Assembly (NCBI GenBank): GCA_964470695.1
Contig: CAYYDR010000002.1
Coordinates: 136,401-200,400, forward strand
Reading direction: 5' to 3'
DNA length: 64,000 bases
From: an uncultured Gammaproteobacteria bacterium
GTDB taxonomy: Bacteria > Patescibacteriota > Patescibacteriia > Patescibacteriales > UBA12465
In this document: positions 27,501 through 35,637 of the stretch, piece by piece
How positions within the stretch are numbered: the first letter of the stretch is position 1
Layout of the letters: each line of letters opens with the position of its first letter
The notes under the pieces: model-generated
Told to the model about the DNA's origin: nothing
Databases searched by the model: none
The model's input: only the letters and a program-made list of their open reading frames with translations
Translations under genes and position numbers: made by a program

Positions 27501-30500
27501 AGGGAGCACATCATGGCTAACTTTTGCTAATAGTAATAATTTTTATATTGGACAGTATACAGGGGCAGTTATTAGCAGTTCTAATACCTTTACTATAAAT
27601 AATTCCGGTAACGTCGGAGTTGGCACGACAAGCCCGGAGACAAAATTACATATTGCCGGAAATTCGGGGACATATACTAGCACGGGAGCGTCCGGCTCTG
27701 TGTTGTATGCTCAGACGACTGGGGCCAATACATACCCCATGAATGCTTACTTCAATGCCGCGGGTACTACTGATAATACTGTTCGTCATCGTTTTGCTAA
27801 TAATGGAGTGAATAAATGGCAAGTAAACTATAGCAACGATATTAATTGGTATTATGATACGCCTGGGACTGGGAGTTGGTCTCCTTCAGTTACATTTCAG
27901 CAGGGCGGAAATGTTGGTATTAATAAAAGTAGCCCAGCGACCACTTTAGATATAGTCGGAGGGGTTAGTTCTACAGGCACAGTTAACGGCACTGGTCTCT
28001 GTATCTCGGGTGACTGTAAAGTTTCTTGGGCAGCGGTTGGTGCGGCTTCTTCGGGCTGGACGCAGAATGGAAATGAAGTTTATAAAACAAATACAGCTGG
28101 GAATGTGGGGATTGGGACGACGGCACCTACATCTCGTTTAAGCATCCAAAATAGTGCAGCGTCTGATAACATACTTAGTAATTATGCAATTACCAATGGC
28201 AACAACGCTGCCACTTTTAGGACAAGTGATACTGGGCCAATATTTGGCATACATGCTCAAAATAATGGGGATATATATATAAAAGACACGGGTGACAATA
28301 TTTTATTTTATGGAAAGAATGGCGGCAACGTTGGAATTGGAACGACGAATCCTTTGGCATTACTTCATGTCAGCAAGAGTGTTGCTGGCGGTGACACATC
28401 TTTAATGATTCATAATACTGCTGCTACAACTAACAACAGTTCCGCCACATTAAATTTAGGCGTATGGTCTGGTTCGACACTAGCTAATCCTAGTGCACAA
28501 ATTCGTGCAATCAATGTTAATCAAAGTTATGGTTCAACAGATCTAACATTTGGGACACAAGCGAATGATGGATATTTATATGAGAGAATGAGAATAAATT
28601 ATGCCGGCAACGTCGGGATCGGGACAACAAATCCTGTTTATCTTTTGGATGTTAATGGCGCTGGTAGATTCGCTAGCGTGCTAACGGTGGGAGACTCTGC
28701 TCCAACTGTTTTGCAATCAAGTAGAGGTGCTACTGACGGGAGTCAGATATCTTTAGCTTCTAATTATAGCCCAACTGTAGGCGCTATGTATTCAAGTGCC
28801 GCCGCTTTCTTATCTAGTAATGCCAGACAGACGACCGGCGGGGTAGATGCTTGGGGCAAGGGGTCAGCTACATATTCGTCTAATTTAATTTCTTTAGGTA
28901 TCTCTACTGCTAATAATGGGACTGCTTTCCAAGTTAAAAATTCGCCAGCCAATACTGTTGGCGGGGCATATAGTAGTTTTTTCCCAAACACCTTGTTTGC
29001 TATTTTAGAAGGCGGAAATGTTGGCGTTGCTAAAGCTAACCCCGGAGCTACTTTAGATGTCACTGGCGGTATAAATGCCTCTGGCACAATTAATGGTACT
29101 GGCCTTTGTATAGGCGGTGATTGCAAAGTTTCTTGGGCGGCGGTCGGTGCGGCATCTTCCGGTTGGACTCAAAACGGAAATGAAGTTTATAAAACAAATA
29201 CAGCGGGAAATGTGGGCATTGGTACTACTAACCCAGGAACAAATAAATTACATATTTATAATGGAGCGTCTGGCTCAACGGCTTATGAGGCGGGGGGATT
29301 AGTAGTTGAAGATTCTAATAGATCTTCTATTTCCTTGCTTGCTCCTAATGCTAGCGATTCTTATTTATTTTTTGGCGACGCGAGTGCTGCCAATGCCGGT
29401 TATGTTGGACATTATGGGGCTACTATGAGTCCAGCTAATTTGATGGTTTATTATAGTGCTGGTAATCATGCTTTTACAGGCGGCAATGTCGGAGTTGGGA
29501 CAACTACTCCGACAGTAAAATTACATGTTCAGGGCAACACTGATACTATAGCGCGATTTGAAAATAGCGTTGCTAATAGTAATCCAGGGATTGAGCTCAA
29601 GAATGATGCGGAAACTTGGACTATGATGAACGCCGGAGCGCGCGCGGATAATTTTGAAATATATGATGTTGGTAGCGGTGCTACGCGTTTAGCTATCAAG
29701 CAGGATGGTAATGTCGGGATTGGGACGACGAATCCGACAGTATTTTCCAGTTTATTTCCCGCTCGTTTAGCCGTAGTCGCTTCAGGAGCGGCTGACACTA
29801 TTATTGCTAAAACAGATTCAGCTCAAACTAATGCGGCGGCCGGCGTCTTTCATCAATCTTCCCTTACTCCTGGATTTGATGCTTTCCGAATACAATCAGT
29901 CGCTACTTCCAGCACGATGGCGGTGTTAAATGTTTTATCCGGCGTTGACGATTCTAGTGGCGTGGGCGGGAGCAGCTTATTATTTGTTAGAGGAGATGGT
30001 AATATCGGCGTGTCCAAGGTTAATCCTGGGACAAAATTAGATGTGGTTGGCGGCATAAATGCCTCTGGAACGGTCAATGGCACCGGTCTTTGTATAGGCG
30101 GGGACTGTAAAGTTTCTTGGCCAGCGGTTGGCGCAGCCTCTTCTGGCTGGACTCAAAACGGTACGACGGTTTATAAAACTGATACGAATGGAAATATAGG
30201 AATAGGAATAACCGCCCCAACGGCAAAACTGCAAATTGGGACACAGGCGTATGGAACGGCGCCAGATGGTCAGCAATTCCAGGTCGGATTAGATAATTAT
30301 TCTGGAGCAGGGCCTGCGGCTGGAATAAGTGGCTATCCTATTATTGCTAACAAAGATCTCTACGCTTCGTCTATATTAGATGTAGTGGGTGGCTGGGAAC
30401 AGGCAAGTGCTAATCATCCGCTGTTAAGAGTGTCTGCTTACAATACTATAAATAGCACTCCGTCCTTTGTTGTTTTAAATAGCGGTAATGTCGGTATTGG

Positions 30501-32739
30501 GACGACGGCATTAAGTAATAAATTGACAGTAGGAGTTGCTGATAGTTCAATTACGCAGGCTAGCGGCGGAGCTGTCTTAAATATATTTAATAGTGATAGC
30601 ACTGTTAATAATTATGCCAGTATAGCCTTTGGTCAATCAGGGGCTGGTTCAAATAGTTTCTCCAGAATCGGGGTTCAGTACAGAGACCGAACAGGAAGTT
30701 CAGAGGATCAGGATATTTTCTTTAGCACTATAGGAGCGGGAAGCTATAGCGAGAAAATGAGAATTATATCTACGGGTAACGTCGGCATTGGAATAACAAA
30801 TCCAAACTCCCGCTTGCATAGTTATAATTTTACGGCCGATGGCACAACGGGCCGGACAAACATTATTGATGTTCTAACCTTGGAAACAGCTAATACTGCT
30901 AATGCTCCGTATCGTGGATTTGGGCAGGGCATAGAGTTTAGGGGGCGGACATATTCAAATAGCGCGGTCAGGACTTTAGGAAGGATAGCAACTGTTTTAA
31001 CTGATGATTCAATAACAAATACCGGCACCGCTTTAGTGTTCCAAAATGTGGCTGACTCAGCGACAGTAACAGCGCCTATTGAAAGAATGAGAATTGATTA
31101 TAATGGTAATATAGGTATTTCTAAAACTAACCCCGGCACAACTTTAGATGTAGTCGGCAGTATTAATGCCTCCGGCACGGTTAATGGCACGGGTCTTTGT
31201 ATCGGTGGGGACTGTAAAGTATCTTGGCCAGCGGTTGGATCAGCTTCTTCGGGATGGAATAGAACCGCTCCTTATATATATCCGGCGACTTTAACAGATA
31301 ATGTGGGGATTGGGACGACAAATCCTGGCACTTTGTTTGAAGTAAAAACTGGCGCAACGAGAAAAATTCAAATCGCTAATGGCAACGGAATTAATGCGGT
31401 CACGGGAGATTATGTAGGAGGTCTATTTATAGATAATTCTAATATATTAAATCTTCAATCTTATTTGGTTGGCACAGGGGGGCAATCTTTAGCACTTAAC
31501 GCTTTGGGCGGCAACGTCGGAGTTGGCACAACAAGCCCAATATATAAATTTGATGTTTTAGGTCCGGCCGGAGATGTAGCGCGTTTTACAAATGGGACAG
31601 AATCTCTAAGGGCATATTTAGGTAGTAGTTATAAAATTTTTCAAACAAATGCCAATGACCAGTTTGGATATGTAGGCAATCAATTCTATGTTACTGCGAA
31701 TGGCGGCACGGAAGCGGTTAGAGTAAATTTATCTGGAAATGTCGGAATTGGAACGACGGCGCCAGAAACTAAACTTGATGTTTATGGTGGGACAGATGCA
31801 AGCGCTACTATACAAGCGAGATATAATAGAACGAGTGTCGGAAACATTAGAACAATATTTAAAGCATTCCACCCAACATCAGGCAATTCCAGTGCAATTA
31901 TTGGTGCTGACTCAGGGAGCACTGATGTCCAGTTTGTGACTGGTGGAAGTACTCCGACCCAGTCTAAGATGACAATACTATCTGGCGGTAACGTCGGCAT
32001 TGCTAAAACTAACCCTGGCACAACTCTAGACGTAGTTGGCAGTATTAATGCCTCGGGAACAGTTAATGGCACCGGTCTTTGTATAGGCGGGGATTGTAAA
32101 GTTTCTTGGCCAGCAGTCGGCGCGGCTTCCTCAGGCTGGACTCAGAACGGCTCAGTGGTTTATAAGACTGACACGGCCGGTAATGTCGGTATTGGCACGA
32201 CAAATCCGACCGCGGCGAAATTAACTATCAGTGGCGATTTAAGCGCGACGGGCGCAACTTTAAGCGGCGCGTTAGTTATGAATGGCGGCGGCACTAAGCA
32301 AAATATTACCGGTGTTAATAAGCTAACGGTTGATGTTATTGACCCGTTATACTATATTAATGGTGTGAACTATTCTTCTTATGCAGCCTCTATGATCGGC
32401 GGCGTTAAGGAAGAATATGTTGGCAAAATAAAATTAGATAAGAAAAATAGGACAGTCCAGGAATTTGAAGCAACAATTGATTTTGCTGGCGCGGCTGAGG
32501 GCAGCGAATTATGGCTCTGGCGCAAGGTTGTTAATTTCAATAAGGATAATGTAGAAGTCTTAATAACGCCTTATGGTCGTTTCGCCCGCACCTATTATTT
32601 CTTAGACGGCGAGAAGATTATTTTCCGCTCTGATTTACCAGTAGAAATTTCCTATCGTTTAATTGGTAAGCGTTTTGACTGGCGCAAGTGGCCGACTCGC
32701 GCGTTAGATCAAGCAGAAAGGGGTATGGATGTGGAATAA
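24595..32739 (+). CDS. Giant secreted modular fibre/adhesin-like protein (2714 aa) with tail-fibre-like GNVGIGTTxP repeats and 8 Cys-x4-Cys junctions
   Basis: Continuous ORF. ATG at 24595 is preferred over TTG at 24571. Sec-type signal (…LFVPSVQA|FH). The first Cys codon of each junction is at 24985, 26107, 27013, 28000, 29107, 30091, 31198 and 32080. Unique C-terminal ~170 aa. Confidence 0.9.
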   Translation: MSLFSGRKLRIISSTFLLSVAFLFWLFVPSVQAFHATSSYNKPTNGTLTSSNWNDLFSDFVNTWLPTTMNGPLGIGTTIPPSSGLLVNGPVNALNIYSTSNVGIGKTNPGSALDLIGSINSSGTVNGTGLCIANDCKVSWPAVGAASSGWTQSGLTLYKTDVNGNVGIGTPTPTQKLTVTGIIESTSGGFKFPDGTVQITAGGGGASQWVSASSTSIYYNGGRVGIGTTNPASTLDVGGTGITLGGVTRTTWPGGAGSGFGTDAGTYAYYMGGNVGFGVTNPTSRLQIYTSAAYDGISIDGNNSPAFKLMNSGVAKGYIALPSSANVFSSDAAANDLVIRTENVSQRILFNVNGGGASMMALNNGNVGIGTTNPLGKLQVESVGGANTGIRLNLTSGGSYAPIDFYTPTGLAGQFLATGATFTNGGFKGDELILASELPAGGLHLGAIGASGYIKFTAGGLAEVNERMRINSAGNIGIAKTNPGTTLDIVGSLSASGTVNGTGLCIAGDCKVSWPTIVAAGGGNLWSGTTTGAIWSANSGNVGIGTTAPENSAKLDVRGRISVKEASNGELQFGTTANYAFLEAWDGSADRDPKLPILLNPWGGNVGIGTTAPTSKLHVKGDNAYLLVDSADYNNFYIGPRGSSGVGLDKAYLELKDTGVTKIALDSNGNTYFNGGNIGIGTTTPISKLSIQDAIRTELLIDGNTGGSADSYASALVLRSNTDYRGRGVLMSVRDATAEWYAGVPYEGGSYQIAYDPTAGQGEYKANAKLYINTAGNVGISKTVPATTLDIVGGVSSTGTVNGTGLCISGDCKVSWAAVGAASSGWTQNGNEVYKTNTAGNVGIGTTNPQRKLHISGGAVSLDNFKQLGLANSSGTLDYWQIFSNQGSANAYGPADAFVIYGNGASRMVVDTSGNVGVGTTTPSAKLEVYNAVNRKIKIDPGKALDVDGEPQLTIREFVPGIKFEDASGGSTSWLTFANSNNFYIGQYTGAVISSSNTFTINNSGNVGVGTTSPETKLHIAGNSGTYTSTGASGSVLYAQTTGANTYPMNAYFNAAGTTDNTVRHRFANNGVNKWQVNYSNDINWYYDTPGTGSWSPSVTFQQGGNVGINKSSPATTLDIVGGVSSTGTVNGTGLCISGDCKVSWAAVGAASSGWTQNGNEVYKTNTAGNVGIGTTAPTSRLSIQNSAASDNILSNYAITNGNNAATFRTSDTGPIFGIHAQNNGDIYIKDTGDNILFYGKNGGNVGIGTTNPLALLHVSKSVAGGDTSLMIHNTAATTNNSSATLNLGVWSGSTLANPSAQIRAINVNQSYGSTDLTFGTQANDGYLYERMRINYAGNVGIGTTNPVYLLDVNGAGRFASVLTVGDSAPTVLQSSRGATDGSQISLASNYSPTVGAMYSSAAAFLSSNARQTTGGVDAWGKGSATYSSNLISLGISTANNGTAFQVKNSPANTVGGAYSSFFPNTLFAILEGGNVGVAKANPGATLDVTGGINASGTINGTGLCIGGDCKVSWAAVGAASSGWTQNGNEVYKTNTAGNVGIGTTNPGTNKLHIYNGASGSTAYEAGGLVVEDSNRSSISLLAPNASDSYLFFGDASAANAGYVGHYGATMSPANLMVYYSAGNHAFTGGNVGVGTTTPTVKLHVQGNTDTIARFENSVANSNPGIELKNDAETWTMMNAGARADNFEIYDVGSGATRLAIKQDGNVGIGTTNPTVFSSLFPARLAVVASGAADTIIAKTDSAQTNAAAGVFHQSSLTPGFDAFRIQSVATSSTMAVLNVLSGVDDSSGVGGSSLLFVRGDGNIGVSKVNPGTKLDVVGGINASGTVNGTGLCIGGDCKVSWPAVGAASSGWTQNGTTVYKTDTNGNIGIGITAPTAKLQIGTQAYGTAPDGQQFQVGLDNYSGAGPAAGISGYPIIANKDLYASSILDVVGGWEQASANHPLLRVSAYNTINSTPSFVVLNSGNVGIGTTALSNKLTVGVADSSITQASGGAVLNIFNSDSTVNNYASIAFGQSGAGSNSFSRIGVQYRDRTGSSEDQDIFFSTIGAGSYSEKMRIISTGNVGIGITNPNSRLHSYNFTADGTTGRTNIIDVLTLETANTANAPYRGFGQGIEFRGRTYSNSAVRTLGRIATVLTDDSITNTGTALVFQNVADSATVTAPIERMRIDYNGNIGISKTNPGTTLDVVGSINASGTVNGTGLCIGGDCKVSWPAVGSASSGWNRTAPYIYPATLTDNVGIGTTNPGTLFEVKTGATRKIQIANGNGINAVTGDYVGGLFIDNSNILNLQSYLVGTGGQSLALNALGGNVGVGTTSPIYKFDVLGPAGDVARFTNGTESLRAYLGSSYKIFQTNANDQFGYVGNQFYVTANGGTEAVRVNLSGNVGIGTTAPETKLDVYGGTDASATIQARYNRTSVGNIRTIFKAFHPTSGNSSAIIGADSGSTDVQFVTGGSTPTQSKMTILSGGNVGIAKTNPGTTLDVVGSINASGTVNGTGLCIGGDCKVSWPAVGAASSGWTQNGSVVYKTDTAGNVGIGTTNPTAAKLTISGDLSATGATLSGALVMNGGGTKQNITGVNKLTVDVIDPLYYINGVNYSSYAASMIGGVKEEYVGKIKLDKKNRTVQEFEATIDFAGAAEGSELWLWRKVVNFNKDNVEVLITPYGRFARTYYFLDGEKIIFRSDLPVEISYRLIGKRFDWRKWPTRALDQAERGMDVE

Positions 32740-32821
32740 GAAAAATAGACGCGGGGTAGGTTAAAAAATAAAATAACTAAAAACTAAAAAATTAATAAAT
32801 TTACATAATAATAAAAAATTT

Positions 32822-33499
32822 ATGGACACCAAGAACAAAAAAATGTGGATACTCCTGGGAGTAGTGGTCGTCATTGTGATTATTATCATAGTGGCTGTTA
32901 CACAAAACCAGAAGACCACTAGCGAACCAGGCGCCGCTCAGACGACTGGTGAAAATGGCCAGTCTCCAGCCGCGGGTGCTGATGACACGCAGGCTCCTAT
33001 TGACCTGACCAAAAATGGCCCGACTGATTCAACCGCTCCAGTCAATGCGACTGGCACCGTTGATATGCGTGGGGCTAAGGCGGAAATTCCGGGCGCCAGC
33101 TTAGTTACAACCGATAAAAAGGTTGTGACCGCAGATGGCAAAATCGCTCAGAACGACGCTATTCCAAATACCCCGCAAGCGCCTAAGCCGGTTTTAGTAG
33201 ACAAGGCGCAGTTAACCAAGCAGGTTATTAAGTTAGAAGTAGGCGGCGGAAAGATTACGCCAAATACTTTTACTGTTCCGACTGGCGCTCCGGTTTCTTT
33301 AGCGGTTAGCTCCAGTGATAGTCAGGTACACGTCTTTATTTTCACTAACTCTGCGGTCGGCGCCATTGCTATGGGCGTTGGTCCAGGCGAGACTAAGGCA
33401 ATTACCTTTAACGCTCCAGCCGCTGGTGAATACGTCTTCCGCTGTGACGTTCCTGGACACTCCGCTTCTGGCGAAGTTGGTAAGATGATTGTTAAGTAA
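32822..33499 (+). CDS. Membrane-anchored cupredoxin-like protein with a plausible type-1 Cu ligand set
   Basis: N-terminal TM, a low-complexity linker, then a ~100-aa beta domain ending YVFRCDVPGHSASGEVGKMIVK (Cx2PGH...M pattern), with an upstream His in SQVHVFIF. Confidence 0.65.
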   Translation: MDTKNKKMWILLGVVVVIVIIIIVAVTQNQKTTSEPGAAQTTGENGQSPAAGADDTQAPIDLTKNGPTDSTAPVNATGTVDMRGAKAEIPGASLVTTDKKVVTADGKIAQNDAIPNTPQAPKPVLVDKAQLTKQVIKLEVGGGKITPNTFTVPTGAPVSLAVSSSDSQVHVFIFTNSAVGAIAMGVGPGETKAITFNAPAAGEYVFRCDVPGHSASGEVGKMIVK

Positions 33500-33529
33500 G
33501 CATCTTTTCCAGTTTGTTAAAATACAAGA

Positions 33530-33557
33530 AAACACCCGCTTCCAGCGGGTGTTTTTG
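33530..33557 (+). terminator. Intrinsic terminator
   Basis: aaACACCCGCTtccAGCGGGTGTtttt. Confidence 0.7.
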
Positions 33558-33584
33558 TCTTTTAGAATATGTTATAATAATTTT

Positions 33585-35015
33585 ATGGATATTCAAAAGA
33601 TGCCCAGATTGAAGAGTAAGGAAGTACGGGAAAAGATTATCTTCAGAGTGGAAGCGCGCGTGTTTCTGCTAATCTTTTTTTTAGTGGTTTTTTTTGTCGG
33701 CCAGTATTTTTTAAGGCAGGGAATAATCGGCAGTAATCCCGCCGCCTATAATGTCGCCCTATCTGAAGGAGAAAAAGCTGATTCTAATAGCAGTAGCGAA
33801 GAATATAGTAGTGAAGAGATAGGCATGCCCGGCTCGGCATCTATTAGTAAGAAAGATTTTTATTTAGGTTCTTTCGGTTATAGTTTCTCTAATATTGATG
33901 AGACTAAGACTAACCTTTATTTTGATAAGACCGCGACCGCTATTTTTTTCCCACCTGATTATGAGTGGCGGGACGCTATAGCCGAGGCTAGCGATAAGGA
34001 AGATTTTAAGGCGATAAAATTTAATGACTTTAAGGGCCCTTATAATGATGAAAGATGCCTGAATGATAATTGTTTGGAGCAGAGAGGGAATAAATTATAT
34101 TACAACGGCCGTGTTTTAGCCCATCCTTCTAGCGTGCGAAATTTAGATATTGAAGCTCTATCCATTGGCGCCTTGCAGAACCGCTGGTTAGTCGGATATA
34201 CGATTAAGAAAAAAGATGGCTATGAAGCGCAGGCTTTTTATTTTAAAGGGGGAAAATTTACTAAGATACTTTTTCCAGAGCCGCTTAGCTCGCCTTATTT
34301 CGGCTTATTTGGTTTTGGCGGCATAGAAGATGATTTTTTGATTATTTATGGCGCTTATCAGGGGACGGCTTATCGCGTCAGGGGAGAAAGAGTAATTAAA
34401 TTAGATAAGCTTTTTGGTCTTAGAGTTATGGATAAGGGCTTTAAGCCAGAAGTTATTAGGGCGGTACGTGATAGTGATGTTAGCTGGTATATATATAGTC
34501 AGAGCCTTAACCATCCCCAGCTTATTAAACTCTGGCAGAACGGCGGCGAGGAAATTGTTGGTGAACAAACCTTCCCTGATCTTTTTTTCGGCCATAAATC
34601 GGCGGGCTTTAGGCTTAGGGCAGTTTTTCCAGATAGGGTAGTCTTAGGGGCTGAGCTAACTGATAGTAAAGACAATAAATCATTCAAGACCTTTACTGAT
34701 AAGGGCTTTAAAAATACTAGCGAAGGGAATTTAGTTACCCGGCCTATCAGCCATGATGGCGGTAAGTCGGAAATTATTATTAAAAAAATTGCCCGAGCCC
34801 GTTTAGAGATAAATGAGGCGGACCGTTCATTGGTTAAATTTTTATTTTCTAGCAACGGAGTTGACTGGCGTAATATCCCGCTTGGCGAGAATTCTGATTT
34901 TACAACGTCAAAAATCAAATCATACTTTTTGGGTCTGATTTTTCCGCCCAGCCAGGATAGGTTTTATTCGCCTTTTGTAAGCGGAATTTCATTTGATTAT
35001 TATTGCCAGAAGTGA
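33585..35015 (+). CDS. Hypothetical membrane-anchored extracytoplasmic protein
   Basis: ATG at 33585 (MDIQKMPRLK) lies downstream of the terminator and a TATAAT at 33573. The ORF-track start at 33489 would read through the terminator. One TM, no recognised domain. Confidence 0.5.
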   Translation: MDIQKMPRLKSKEVREKIIFRVEARVFLLIFFLVVFFVGQYFLRQGIIGSNPAAYNVALSEGEKADSNSSSEEYSSEEIGMPGSASISKKDFYLGSFGYSFSNIDETKTNLYFDKTATAIFFPPDYEWRDAIAEASDKEDFKAIKFNDFKGPYNDERCLNDNCLEQRGNKLYYNGRVLAHPSSVRNLDIEALSIGALQNRWLVGYTIKKKDGYEAQAFYFKGGKFTKILFPEPLSSPYFGLFGFGGIEDDFLIIYGAYQGTAYRVRGERVIKLDKLFGLRVMDKGFKPEVIRAVRDSDVSWYIYSQSLNHPQLIKLWQNGGEEIVGEQTFPDLFFGHKSAGFRLRAVFPDRVVLGAELTDSKDNKSFKTFTDKGFKNTSEGNLVTRPISHDGGKSEIIIKKIARARLEINEADRSLVKFLFSSNGVDWRNIPLGENSDFTTSKIKSYFLGLIFPPSQDRFYSPFVSGISFDYYCQK

Positions 35016-35083
35016 TATCATTATTATAACAATTTGCTAATAAATTTAATTATTAATTAATCTAAAAACTTAATTAAAAACGT

Positions 35084-35566
35084 ATGGACAAAAAAAATTA
35101 TATCTGGCTGGTCGTCGGCGTTGTCGTCGTCGTAGCAGTCATATATCTCTTAGTTTCTAGCTCCTCTACCGGCAATATGACCGATAAGGCCAAATCCGGT
35201 AATCCTAGCGGCGCCGCTCCGGCTTTAAACAATAACGGTACTCCAGCTGTTCCAGGCGGAGACAATACCCCAATTTCTGTTCAAGATACTACTCCTCCTA
35301 AAGAAAATATTATTGCTGTTGAGGGTGACAGCTTCAGTCCTAAGAGCCTTGAGGTAACTAGTGGCACTAAGGTCTTTATGACTTTATCGGCTCGCGACGC
35401 TAAGAAGCACACCATGGCTTTTGAAGATGAAGATTTATCTTTTATCACCGTCTCCTTTAATAAAGAAGAGGGCGATAAATCAATTACCTTTGTCGCGCCT
35501 AAAGCGGGGACCTATTCCTTCTACGTTGATAGCAAGAGCAATAAGGGAACCATGATTGTAAAATAG
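35084..35566 (+). CDS. Membrane-anchored cupredoxin-like paralog lacking the Cys/His Cu ligands
   Basis: Same layout and the same C-terminal ending (TYSFYVDSKSNKGTMIVK versus EYVFRCDVPGHSASGEVGKMIVK). The Cys and His positions are replaced. Confidence 0.45.
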   Translation: MDKKNYIWLVVGVVVVVAVIYLLVSSSSTGNMTDKAKSGNPSGAAPALNNNGTPAVPGGDNTPISVQDTTPPKENIIAVEGDSFSPKSLEVTSGTKVFMTLSARDAKKHTMAFEDEDLSFITVSFNKEEGDKSITFVAPKAGTYSFYVDSKSNKGTMIVK

Positions 35567-35578
35567 CTAACAGAGATA

Positions 35579-35617
35579 GTAAGGCTCATTTATACAATGG
35601 GCCTTACCACTTTTTCA
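35579..35617 (+). terminator. Probable intrinsic terminator
   Basis: GTAAGGC-15 nt loop-GCCTTAC, followed by cacttttt. Confidence 0.4.
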
Positions 35618-35637
35618 ACTATTTTTAATAATCATTT

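Noticed and set aside
24882-32072. About a dozen antisense or off-frame ORFs (60-120 aa) inside giant gene 1, for example 25950..26225(-), 28764..29126(-) and 31782..32072(-). Several share the peptide ...QSPAIQRPVPLTVPEA...
   Set aside because: They lie entirely within a continuous 8.1-kb sense ORF. Their mutual similarity is just the reverse complement of the repeated junction cassette. They have no independent start context.
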